DNA of 64,000 nucleotides from positions 87,916,001 to 87,980,000 of the forward strand of contig NC_043004.1 of the NCBI RefSeq assembly GCF_006345805.1, written 5' to 3'. This document shows, piece by piece, positions 1 to 11,639 of this stretch. Both the position numbers and the translations under genes were made by a program. Below the pieces are notes generated by a model that worked only from the letters and a program-made list of their open reading frames with translations, was not told the DNA's origin and did no database searches. The stretch comes from Octopus sinensis (Eukaryota). The stretch's first letter is position 1. Every line of letters starts with the position of its first letter.

Positions 1-605
1 GCAAAGCTGATGACCACAGGCTCTGTGAACGATGCAAGAAGTGGCCGTCCAACTTTATTCCCATTAGCGGAGAACGTGGCAACAGTGCAGGAAATGTTTA
101 ATCGCGGCCGGCAAAAATCAACAGGTCAAGCAGCTCGCGAAAGTGGACTAACAAGACACACAACACGTACGGTGTTGCATAAAGAATTGAATTTTCGTCC
201 GTGGAAACCCCATTGCGTGCAGGAGCTAAAACCTGAAGACTGTGACCGCAGAAGTCTAGAAGTCCAGAATGCCAAGAAGTTTAGATTTCATTCCCTGTGA
301 TTTTTACCTGTGGTGTTACACAGAATAGGAATATACAAGACAAAACCTCGCACACTGGAGGACTTGGAGATACGGATTCAGGAGGTTCTCAATGATATCC
401 CGGACGACGTCCTCCAGGAGGTAGTTCATTCCATCCCTTGCCGTTTGAGGAAACTGGTTGACGCCATCGGCGCTTACGTTGAAATATAAAGATTTACTTC
501 CATTTTCCCATGTAATAAAGAACATGTATCATTTGTTTCAATAAATTTGAAAAAGGAATATGGATTGATTAACAATTTTAAATGCCGACTTACTTTTCAC
601 CCACA

Positions 606-606
<1 letters not shown>
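1..606 (+). mobile_element. Internally deleted Tc1/mariner-superfamily transposon (WPPRSPDLTPxDFFLWG type, DD41D/rosa-like); runs off the window start
   Basis: HTH region SGRP...GLTRHTTRTVLHKELNFRPWK is joined directly to PRSLDFIPCDFYLWCY and KTKPRTLEDLEIRIQEV...RLRKLVDAIGAYVEI*. Ends ccacactg|ta. Confidence 0.8.
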
Positions 607-642
<36 letters not shown>

Positions 643-809
643 AAATTTATAAGCTTAAATTATTTAAATAATTTTAAAAAAATTTTATCTTTAATTTAAA
701 TATTTTAATTTGGAATTTTATATTTTATATTTTTTTAATTAATTTTATTTCTATGTATTGGCTTATGATTTTCACTGTTTGATTTGCCTAATAGTGGTTT
801 TATCTCTAA

Positions 810-854
<45 letters not shown>

Positions 855-904
855 TTTTTTCTCTTTTTTGTCTCTCTATTCTCTTTTCTTCTTTTTTTCC
901 TTTT

Positions 905-935
<31 letters not shown>

Positions 936-1740
936 ATTTTCCTTCCTATAATTACAAGAGGAGTGGACCCATTCCAATCTATTTAACATTCACTCTATGT
1001 TGACTGGTGATACAGTATGGCCAGATTTTCGAAATCCAATGAATCTTTATACAGTTACGAAATTTCACAAATACACTTTCTCAGAGAGATATGATATACC
1101 TATTATAATGGGTAATACATGTACTTTTCATATTTTTTATAGTGTGATGTAACTCTTTGGAATAACAATGTCTGCGGCTGAAGAGAGCTTTAAACCATCT
1201 TTTATATCTATTATATCTAGTATACACTGATGTAATGAACAGGTCGTTTATAAAGCTTAAAACACGTGTACCGCGATATCCTTTGTGTTCTGTTTTTGAT
1301 TTTATTTGATATATTCTCTCTCACCTCTGCCACTATCTGGCATATACAGGTACTTACACATATCAAGTATTCACCCTAAATTTACAGTACCTACTATATA
1401 TATATATACATACACACACACATATGTATTGCAAAGTTTGAGTCAGTTAAAATATTTCAACTACTAAGTGGCAGTGTCGCCATCTGTCAGGATTCCCAGA
1501 CATCATTGTTTAAACAACTAGCTTGAAACATCGATGTCTGGAAATCCTGATAGATGGCGACATTGAACAAATAGGGCATTTTCACACCTTTTTACCATAA
1601 GAGAAATATTTCATCTATGGCAATTGCAGTGTATTTGCCTTTTAGCAGTTGAAATATGTCACAAATATGTTTTAACTAACCTAACCTTTGTTTATGCCTG
1701 AACACTGCTTGGCGCTAATAATTTGTTTTATATATATATA

Positions 1741-2142
1741 CTAGCTTAATGTGACCCGCTCTACGCGCGGGAAAGAGTGTGGTTGTTACTTTCTGTTGCT
1801 TCCTTTCTGTTTTTTATCACCACATTCCCCCTCTTTGTTTCTTTCTCACTTTCCCACTCTCTTACTCTTCATTTCTCTCGGACTCTTCCTCCTCTGGCAG
1901 GGTCATTTTTATGTTTGACCCTTCCTTCTTTATCATATCACAATACTTGGTTATTTTCTATTCATTACACTCCACCATCTCCGGCTTCAACACACGTGGG
2001 TCTATGGCATTTCGACCTCCAGTAGCCTCTGCTTAACTCTTCACTTTTCAACAATTCACTACCACCCAACGATGGTGGCCTCGCACACAAAAAAATCCGC
2101 CCAGTATTCCTCAAAAACAACAAAAACCGAGTCTGGTAGAGA
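1741..2142 (-). mobile_element. Helitron-like non-autonomous unit whose 5' ~257 bp matches the 5' end of the adjacent gag-like element
   Basis: Minus strand starts A|TC at 2142 and ends with hairpin cccgc..gcggg (1755-1771), 10 nt, then CTAG|T at 1741. 1885-2142 is a diverged copy of about 3685-3932. Confidence 0.55.
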
Positions 2143-3932
2143 TTAATTCTTTATTACAGGCACAAGGCCTAATTACAAGGGGGGGGCATACAAAGATATG
2201 CAGGAACATAAAACATATGAAGGATGACTGTGAAATGAATATATTTACAATGCAAATGAGACGGCCATCTCACTCCCGCTGCGAGATGAAACCGTGGATT
2301 CCCTTTCCTTATACTTTTACATAACCTCTAGCCTCCTCCGAGGCGAAACCGCGACCTCCCCTTTCGCTTCTGCCCACAATTATATACCTTTAAAACCATT
2401 GTCCATATAGTATTTACTTCCCACTTCTTCCCTTCTTCTTCTAAACCAAAGTCAACCAAATGTTTATTACAACATTTTCAAAGACACCTTGGCCACCTGT
2501 TCATTCAACGTTTACAAAACTTGCTCATTTTTACTTTCTTTTTTTCCCAGAAGTTCAAATAAATATTCTTCTCCGTTACAGTCCTTACAAAACTATATCG
2601 ACCCACCTCTTCCACCTCTCACAATGTCCCTCGCCTTCACAATCCTTCACGTTGGTTTGCCTCATCTCACTATAATTCTCTTCCTGTTCGCGCTTTTCAT
2701 GTTGACACTCCTTGCTTCCACCCTCCTGCTGCTTCTGGAGCTCTTGCACTTTCGCCTCCAAGTCTGTGCGTTCGTGTATTTGTGTGTCTGTGCGTTCGCT
2801 CGACTGCAACTCTACGTGTTTCGTCTGTGTGTCCATGCTTCAAGGTTTCCGCAATTCTGGGTCGTCCGGCTTCTGGTCCGAATGACTCTGCACTTTCAAT
2901 CCTCCAGCTGGTAAACCTTTTCCATTTCTCGTCATGGGCTGGGTTTCTTCTTCCATTCCTCCACTCTTCATTAAGTCCACCCTCATCGGTGACTTTCCTC
3001 TCTCCCGCTTCCCGGGTTCCACCTCTGCAAAATCCCCATCCTGTTCTGTTTTCTGCTTCTGCTCCTTCCCAACTCTGCATCTTTTCGAACACTCTCTTCC
3101 ACCACTTCTACTGCTGCTGCAGGGAACTTCCCCTTCAGGTGCCCCCTTTCACCAAATCCGCAACATTTTGGGGGTCTCCCCTCCAACACTACTTCCAGCT
3201 TTTCACCGTTTGGCAATTCCACAGTTTCCGCCATTTCGTCATAATATTCTGGGCCCACTGCACAAATTATTTCAATTCCACAGCCCCCAAAATTCAATTG
3301 TTGTGCTCCGCTCACCATATCAATGTTTAGGCCCTCTCCATTCTTCCTCAGCTCCGAACTAAACGTTGCGGCCATTACCTCTTCTGGTTCCATCGACGGT
3401 GGGATTCTTCTCACCCCGACCCTGATGACTCCATTGCCCCAACAGTCCTGCATCAACGTTCATCTCTCTCCATGCAACATCGTGTTGCCAGAGTTTTTCG
3501 CCTCCTCCTCTGAAAGAAAAGTCATTACTATAGTTCCACATCTTCCTCCTCCTGCAAAAAACACCATCTTCTCTCCCATGTTCACCACCAACAATTCCTC
3601 CATCTCCACCTGCAGCGCGTGTTCCATTCTTCCCTTTTCACTCGAAAATGTTCTGAACATTACCGTCCTGCCCTCTACTTTCCCCTTCTCCTCTGGTAGG
3701 GCCACTTTTATGTTTGACCTCTCCTTCCCCACCACATCACAATACTTGGTCACTCTCCCTTCACTACACTCCACCATCTCTGGCGTCAGCACACGCGGGT
3801 CCATGGCATCTCGACTTCCAGCAGCTTCTGCGCAACTCTTCACAATTCGCCACCACCCAACGACGGCGGCCTCGCACAAAAAAATTCCGCCAAGTACTCC
3901 TCAAAAATAACAAAAACCGAATCTGGTAGAGA
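2143..3932 (-). mobile_element. Non-autonomous ORF1-only non-LTR retroelement (Tx1/L1-type gag-like ORF1, decayed)
   Basis: Broken ORF with RRM-like segments and VVLEGRPPKCCGFGERGHLKGKFP (degenerate CCHC knuckle). No EN/RT follows; the element ends aggccttgtgcctgtAATAAAgaa. Confidence 0.7.
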
Positions 3933-4337
3933 TGGCAGTAGCTCGCATCTGTTGCAATATATATATATATATATATATAATATTATATATAGATATATAT
4001 ATATATATATATATATATAGTATATATATTACACAGTAGCGACACATCGCGATTGTGCAACAAACAAAAGCGCTAGTTCTAAAATCTCTCAAAGAGATCA
4101 ACGCAGTAGTTGTACTAACAAGTAATATTCGTAGACACTTCAACATGGCTGTCCGTTGGAACGGACTCTACTGCGATTGTTTAACCCCAAGAGGACATCT
4201 CCTCTAGCTGGTTAACGATGCAGAACTGGCATTTTTGCTTGTTTGCCGCCGAGGTCGACTTTGCTTTCATCCTTTCGGGGTCGATTAAATAATACCAGTT
4301 ACGCACTGGGGTCGATGTAATCGACTTACCCTATTAG

Positions 4338-4796
4338 GTGTAGGAGTGGCTGTGTGGTAAGTAGCATGCTTAACATCCACATGGTTCCGGGTTCAGTCCC
4401 ACAGCGTGGCACCTTGGACAAGTGTCTTCTACTATACCCTCGGACCCACCAAAGTCTTGTGAGTGGACTTGGTAGACGGAAACTGAAAGAAGCCCGTTGT
4501 ATATATGAATATATATGTATATGTGTGTGTGTGTTTGTGAGTGTGTGTGTGCTTGTGTGTGTGTGTGTGTGTTTGTGTGTGTGTGTGAGTGTGTTTGTGA
4601 GTCTGTGTTTGTCCCCTTAACATCACTTGACAACCGATGCTGGTGTGTTTACGTCCCCGTAACTTAGCGGTTCGGCAAAAGAGACCGATAGAATAAGTAC
4701 TAGGCTTACAAAGAATAAGTCCTGGGGTCGATTTGCTCGACTAAAGGCGGTGCTCCAGCATGGTCACAGTCAAATGACTGAAACAAGTAAAAGAGT
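4338..4796 (+). mobile_element. tRNA-derived CORE-type SINE, full length, with an internal (TG)n
   Basis: A/B-box head (gtggctgtgtggtaag ... ggttcagtcc), CORE-like tggcaccttggacaagtgtctt, and tail ggcggtgctccagcatgg...ctgaaacaagtaaaagag. More than 20 full or partial copies lie in the window. Confidence 0.85.
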
Positions 4797-4799
4797 ATA

Positions 4800-4836
<37 letters not shown>

Positions 4837-5029
4837 GTTGCGAGTGTTGAAGAGTGGTAGAAATAGCCCGAAACCAGGACTGATCTGCTGATCCTATCGT
4901 TAAAAGGTGGTAGGAGTTCGCTCCCCTGCTCGCAATTTATCGGACGCAGCTCCGCATCGTTAACCAGCTAGAGGATCACTTCTTGTCTTCGTCCTTTGTT
5001 TTTTTGTAAATTCTTCCTATATATATATA

Positions 5030-6830
5030 TATATTTGTAAAAAATGAAGTTCGAAAATGCTGCTATATTATACAATTTTTAATTTTTATATATAAATTAT
5101 AACATGTTTCAGTTCCTGAAATGAACCTTATCAAAAAAACGTTATATATATAAAAAATAGTTCATGCTATCAAATATAAAAATTCATTTTAATATACACA
5201 ATGGAGTCAGACATCATACAGTTCATATTTAGTTTGAAGTGAGTTCGTTCATGCTATATGTTTAAAGTGTATGATGCAGTGTTTCGTGGGTGGTGATATA
5301 TAAAAAATAGATCAAGTGGTGGAATGCAGTCAATATAAAAAAATTGATGTTCCTGAAAGAGCGAGGAATTCATTTTTACCTTGAGCAACTGTGGTGACCA
5401 ATGGTGGGTGTTCGCTGGATGATTCTGGCGAATCTTGTGAATTGTTCGGGTTTTATAACACCTGTTAGATGGTCAGTCCAGCGTAGCGTGACGTCATCAA
5501 CGTTTTGACCAATCGTTTCGTTAGGTGGCTTAGTCAAGCAGAACGGGACGTCATCAACATTCTGACCAATCGTGACCTCTCGCTGTATTATAACTGCCTC
5601 TTGTCTGTACCCTGTTTTGACCAATCGTTTCGTTAGGTGGCTTAGTCAAGCAGAACGGAACGTCATCAAAATTCTGACCAATCACGACTTATAGCTGTAT
5701 TAGGTCTGCCCCTTGTCTGTATCCTGTCCAGTCTAGCAGAATTAGACGTCATCAACGTGTTGACCAATCAGAATCGGGTCTGACCCTTAGCTGTATCGTA
5801 TGTGGTCAGTCCATCTGGGTTAGATTTGTACGAAGAAATCTTTTTATAAATTTTTTTCCCCTTTTTTTCCCTAAGGCATATTTCCGTCAGTGCGAGTGAC
5901 TGTTTAAGGTAGCGGCCGTGGTGGAATTTTGCTTCTCCTTTTCGGAGGACCTATCTTTTGTTTTAATATTCCTGGCCCAGGGTGTTTAAACTTGGTCTAT
6001 ATTTTTTTATGAAATACAGTTCTTTATTTTGGCGTTGCGTGAAGGTTGCGTTGTCACTGAATTTATAGAGCGGGTTAGTTGTAAATTTCGGATTTACATT
6101 TCCAGCACATCTATCTATGTGTCCGCTGACCGGTATTTTCCGGTAATCAGGTTTCTAATTTGTGATTTATGCACCGCCATCCTGTTACGTAAGCTATTTT
6201 TGTATGGCCTATATACTGCTATTGCAGCCTGCGCATGTTATGACGTAAATTAAGTTTTCTGATGCGCAGGTGAAGTTTGTTCTAATGGTGAACTGGTGGC
6301 CTTGTTCCAGTATAAATTCTGATCCTTCTTTCAAGATGACACAGATTCCGCAGTTGGGTCTTCCACATTTTCTGACTGCTGGTTTTGTGGTTGATGTTGA
6401 GTGCAGTGTAGCTTGGGTTAAAATCCTTTTCAAGGATTTTGGTTGCCGTTTACTTTTAATGATGGTGTGTGTTTCGAGGATCCGGTTCATCTTTGGGTCT
6501 CCCTTTAGTAGGGCTGTGCTTTGTAGTATGGTGTTGAAGGCCTCATTGTTGAGTGGGTTGTGTGTAGAGATGTAGGGAAGGGTTTTTAATTGTTCTTTCT
6601 TTTTTGGTTTTGTTTGTCTCAGGTCTTCTATACTTAATTTAAGTACCCGTTGTATTGCACTGTCTATTAGGGGCTGTGGATAGTTTCTATTTGTGAATGT
6701 GGTTCTAAGTTCCTGGAGACGTGTGTGTCGGGTGTTTGTGTCTGATATTATGGTGCAAATCCTTCTAGCTAAACAAAAAGGGACATTCATTCTAGTGTGT
6801 CGTGGGTGGCATGAATCAAAGGGTAGGTTA
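5030..6830 (-). mobile_element. 5'-truncated Penelope-like element (RT thumb + GIY-YIG endonuclease + long 3' UTR)
   Basis: YLPFDSCHPRHTRMNVPFCLARRICTI, KRQPKSLKRIL, CGRPNCGIC, NLIYVITCAGC..YIGHT..L.NRM..H and ELYFIKKYRPSLN. A degenerate hammerhead lies near 5101-5135. Confidence 0.9.
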
Positions 6831-6849
6831 TATATATATATATATATAC

Positions 6850-7230
6850 TCTTTTACTTCTTTCTGTCATTTGATTGCGGCCATGCTGGAGCACCGCCTT
6901 TAGTCGAGCAAATCGACCCCAGGACTTATTCTTTGTAAGCCTAGTACTTATTCTATCGGTCTCTTTTGAACCGCGACGTTACGGGAACATAAGCACACCA
7001 GCATCGGTTGTCAAGCGATGTTGGTGGTGGTAGGCAAACACAGACATACAAACATACACATATATGTATACATATACATATACATATATACGACGGGCTT
7101 CTTAGCAGTTTTCGTCTACCAAATCCACTCACAAGGCTTTGGTCGGTCCGAGGCTATAGTAGAAGACACTTGCCCAAGGTACATGTGGATGGTAAGCAAG
7201 CTACTTACCAAACAGCCACTCCTGCGCCTA
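6850..7230 (-). mobile_element. CORE-type SINE copy
   Basis: Reverse complement of the 4338 family. Confidence 0.85.
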
Positions 7231-7232
7231 TG

Positions 7233-7318
<86 letters not shown>

Positions 7319-7329
7319 CGTGTGTGTGT

Positions 7330-7664
7330 GTGTATAGGCAAATATAAAGAAGGAAAAGTCATAAAGGTCAATTAGATGTGCACAGGGAATACAATAGATT
7401 GACGCTTAGTGAAAGTTTTTGATGGAACTAGAAATGACGTTTCGAGCTCGGCTCTTCGTCGGAAAGAAGAAAAATGTGCAGAGAGCAGGAAAAGAGGATG
7501 GCGCTGATTGCATGGAGAAAAGCACGTGAGTCGTTACGTGACAGAAAAATAACTAACCGGAAGCTGGAGAGAGTTACAGAATGTGGTTTTTGAAGGTAGA
7601 AGGAATGCAAAAAATGGCAATTGTGTGCGTGTGCGTGCATGTGTACGCGCGCGTGCGAGTGTAC

Positions 7665-7696
<32 letters not shown>

Positions 7697-7913
7697 AAGA
7701 GATAGAGATAGAGAAAGAGAGAGAGAGAAAGAAAGAGAGAGAGAGATGAAGAAAGAGAGAGAGAGGAAGAAAGAGAAAGAGATGAAGAAAGGGAAAAGAG
7801 AGTGCGACTGGTGGGTAACGTGTTTGTATATTAGGAAGTGTTACATGTGGTGTGTTTGTATTTGTGTATGTATGTGAGAGAGAGAGATAGAGAGAGAGAA
7901 AGAGAGAGAGAAT

Positions 7914-7967
<54 letters not shown>

Positions 7968-8090
7968 AATTTAGTAAAATTTAGCAGTAGACGACGTGGG
8001 GTCGAGAGGCGAAGCGATTTACGTGTGTGAGTGCGTGTGTGTCACTATGTGTACGTATGTGTGTGTTATCCATTCTTGCTGAGCGTTAAA
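7330..8090 (-). mobile_element. Penelope-type 3' UTR remnant with a hammerhead-like motif and TG/GA tracts
   Basis: CCGACGA-agagccgagctc-GAAACGTC at 7462-7435; similar organisation to 43150-44020. Confidence 0.5.
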
Positions 8091-8164
8091 CTAATATATC
8101 CTGTCTATTCTTTTATTTGTCTCTGAATATATTTTTAATATATTTTGAAACCACAAATATGCGT

Positions 8165-8179
8165 GCGCGCACACACGTA

Positions 8180-8215
<36 letters not shown>

Positions 8216-8420
8216 CACGCACACACACAGACACACACAGACACGCACACACACAGACACACACAGACACACACACACAAACAAACACACACACACACAC
8301 AGACACGCACACACACACACAGACAAACACACACACACGGAGACACACACACACACAAACAAACACATAGACACACAGACACACACACACACACAACACA
8401 CACACACACACACACACACA
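8165..8420. repeat. Representative long (CA)n-derived microsatellite; the window also holds dozens of (TA)n, (GA)n, (TAC)n, (ATT)n, (TCTA)n and (TATG)n tracts
   Basis: Direct reading of the sequence. Confidence 0.98.
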
Positions 8421-8889
8421 TTATAAGCTTGACTTTAAAGGCGTCGACAGTATGTCAATCCCACGGCAGGATGGTATCAATTTACATAGTAAAATTCTGG
8501 TTTTTCCCTAGTTTCTGCCCTTCCCAGCAATTTCACCTATTACTGGACCAACGCATTTCATTCATAATTGAACAAATCAGAGCTTTATCATTCCATCATG
8601 ACATCCTGGTTTTACAAACACATTATCATTGGCCATAACGGTCCTTTCAGGATACGACGAAGAAAAGAATGTCAAAAGGTTTTTTTGTAATGTTAAGGCG
8701 CAGGGGTGGCTGTGTCGTAAGTAGCTTGCTTAAGAACCACATGGTTCTGGGTTCAGTCCCATTGCGCGGCACCTTGGGCATGTGTCTTCTACTATAGCCT
8801 CGGGCCGACCAAAGCCTTCTGAGTGGATTTTGTAGAGGGAAACTGAAGTGAAGCCCGTCGTATATATGTATATATATATATATATCTAT

Positions 8890-8931
<42 letters not shown>

Positions 8932-8964
8932 ATGGTGGATTGTTTAATCTGCGCGCCTCAGAGC

Positions 8965-9008
<44 letters not shown>

Positions 9009-9034
9009 TATATATAATATATATATATATATAT

Positions 9035-10090
9035 ACAATGGTGGATTGTTCAATCTTGCGCGCCTCAGAGCTAAGACCAAAGTCCGTCAGGTGCTCATCA
9101 GAGAGATCCTCTTTGCTGACGATGCCGCCCTAACATCACACAACCAGCCGGGTCTCCAGAGGCTGGTCAGTCCCTGGCGGATGCCTGCCAAGAGTTCGGC
9201 CTTACCATCGGCCTGAAAAAGACAGAGATCATGGGCCAGGACGTCGGAGGGGTCCCCAGCATCAGTGTCGGCGACCACAGCTTGCAGGTGGTGAACGAGT
9301 TCACTTACCTGGGATCGACGGTCTCCAGCAGCCTGTCCCTCGAGCCGGAGCTGAACAGACGGATTGGGAGGGCTGCTGCTGCTGCCATGGCTAAGCTCTC
9401 CAGGAGAGTGTGGGAAAACACATGCTCACAATAACCACCAAGATCGCAGTGTACCGAGCCTGCGTGCTGAGCACCCTACTCTACAGCAGCGAGAGCTGGA
9501 CAACATACAACCCGGCAAGAATGCCGCCTCAGCGGCTTCCACATGCGGTGTCTTCGACGGATCCTGGGCATCTCCTGGACGGACCGAGTACCAAACGGAG
9601 TCATCCTTAGAACAGACTAATATGCCAAGCATGCATGCCCTCCTCGTGCGGAGACGACTGCGCTGGCTCGGACACGTCTGCCGCATGCAGGACGGTCGCA
9701 TGCCTAAAGACATCCTGTACAGCGAACTCACCACGGGATCCCGACCCAAGGGACGTCCACAGCTACGATACAGGGATGTGTGCAAGCGCGACCTGAGGAC
9801 TGCCAACATCTGTGTGGACACGTGGGAGGTAACAGCTGCTGACCGCTCTGCCTGGCGTCGGACAGTGAGGAAAGGCGTTTCCATGGCTGAGGAAAGGAGA
9901 GCACAGCTGTGGTCGGACAGGGGAACAGGAGGAGGACAACTGCAGCAACACCCCACACGTACCCTCGATGTTCGTGTGCAGCAACTGTACCAGGGACTGC
10001 CACTCTAGAATTGGACTGTTCAGTCACAGCAGACGCTGCTCATCATCAAAGTAGGCCCCACCCTTGGTGCGACCCATTGTCTGTCAAGAC
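9035..10090 (+). mobile_element. 5'-truncated RTE-clade (BovB-like) LINE: RT C-terminal half and 3' end, frameshifted
   Basis: GGLFNLARLRAKTKVRQVLIREILFADDAAL, FTYLGS, LRWLGHVCRMQDGRMPKDILYSEL, GRPQLRYRDVCKRDL. GC-rich; ends in (GA)n. Confidence 0.93.
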
Positions 10091-10391
10091 AGACGGGGAA
10101 GAGAGAGAGAGATATACAATAATAATATTAGGGAATAAATCCAAACTTACAGGGAAAAATTAGATTTAGGATTAAATCCAGTTTTATAGTATAAATATAT
10201 TATATTATATTATATTAAATTAGAGATAAAACCACTATTAGGCAAATCAAACAGTGAAAAACATAAGCCAATACATAAAATTAATTCAAAAATATAAAAG
10301 TTAAAAGTAAAAAATTATTTAAATAATTTAAACTTATAAATTTTATATATACAAATATATATAATATATAATATATATATATATTATATAT

Positions 10392-10424
<33 letters not shown>

Positions 10425-10708
10425 GTATATTTTTATATTTATATTATTTTATTAATTAATTTTGGTCCTTGTGTCTTTTGTAAAAAGGATTATTATTTAT
10501 TTATTTTATTTTACTTGTTTCAGCCATTTGACTGCGGCCATGCTGGGGGTACCGTCTTGAAGAATTTTTAGTCCAACGAATCGACCCTAGTACTCATTAT
10601 TTTTAAAAATCCTGGTACTTGTTCTATCGGTGGCTTTTGCTGAACCGCCAGTTTTCGGACACACACGCATACACACACAATATCAATACACACACACACA
10701 CACACACA

Positions 10709-10753
<45 letters not shown>

Positions 10754-10919
10754 ACACACACATATATATATATATAGTTCAAATTTATAGAAAGACAAAG
10801 ACGAAGGCAGGTGTAGGAACAACAAGTAAACGTATAAGTTTGAAAAGTATTTTACGTTTCGAGCCTCCGCTCTTCGACCGAAAGTAATTATATAATAATA
10901 ATGATAATGATAATACTAC

Positions 10920-11002
<83 letters not shown>

Positions 11003-11009
11003 ATAATAA

Positions 11010-11550
11010 TAATGCCTTGATGCAGTACCAGACAGTGGCTCTCCTGGCTTCTCATCTTAACTGATTGGAAGTGTTATCGTGTGCATTGTTTTGGCTTGGT
11101 ATAAAAGATGGGCTACAGCAAATATTCTGCTCAATACCACAGATTTGCTTGTCAGTTGTTTGAACTTAACTAGTTGAGCATGTCCCTTGGTGGCTGACGA
11201 TATGTGCATCTCTGATCACAAGCAGAAGTAGTGGGGAAGCATCATAGCCGTGTGTTGAAAGGAATTCTTAGAGGTTTAGATAATTCACCTTTGGAAACAT
11301 GGATGCTTCGTTCAACATCCTTAAACAATCCTTATATACTCGACCAGAAGAAAATTCTAACTGGGCCCCACCTGCAAGGTCATACGTTGTTTATCTTGAT
11401 ACGAGATCACCATGTCGCGCACATATGGTTGTGATGCATGTGCCCAGTGTGCCCTTATCAGACGGGTAGTCATGATGGGTATATTGGGCTTCGTATAATT
11501 GTGCCCCAATGTCACTTTGAAGGCATGCACTGCTCTCTCACTCAATAATA
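11010..11550. mobile_element. ~530-bp non-coding interspersed repeat flanked by TAA/TAC microsatellites; inverted copy at about 36165-36665
   Basis: ttggtataaaagatgggctacagcaaatattctgctcaataccacagattt and cctgcaaggtcat..gtgatgcatgtg match 36165-36665 in reverse complement. Confidence 0.75.
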
Positions 11551-11639
11551 ATAATATAATTTCGTTAGCAACGAGAAGATGGATTTGATATTAATTTTCA
11601 TTTTGTGCGAACGGTCCTGGAAATAAAGATTAATACTCT

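Noticed and set aside
1885-3932. LTR retrotransposon (direct repeats at both ends)
   Set aside because: The repeats include the ORF start, lack TG..CA ends, PBS and PPT, and are only about 80% alike by eye.
4200-4975. 22-bp perfect inverted repeat (4200-4221 / 4954-4975) as a TIR element
   Set aside because: No TSD, and both arms are embedded in longer repeat fragments; it looks like two opposite copies of one dispersed repeat.
8091-8638. Many long ORFs of VC/HT/YI/N/L repeats throughout the track
   Set aside because: These are translations of (TG)n, (CA)n, (TA)n and (AAT)n microsatellites.
9035-10090. Foreign or contaminant DNA because of high GC
   Set aside because: It is clearly an RTE LINE joined seamlessly to host microsatellites.
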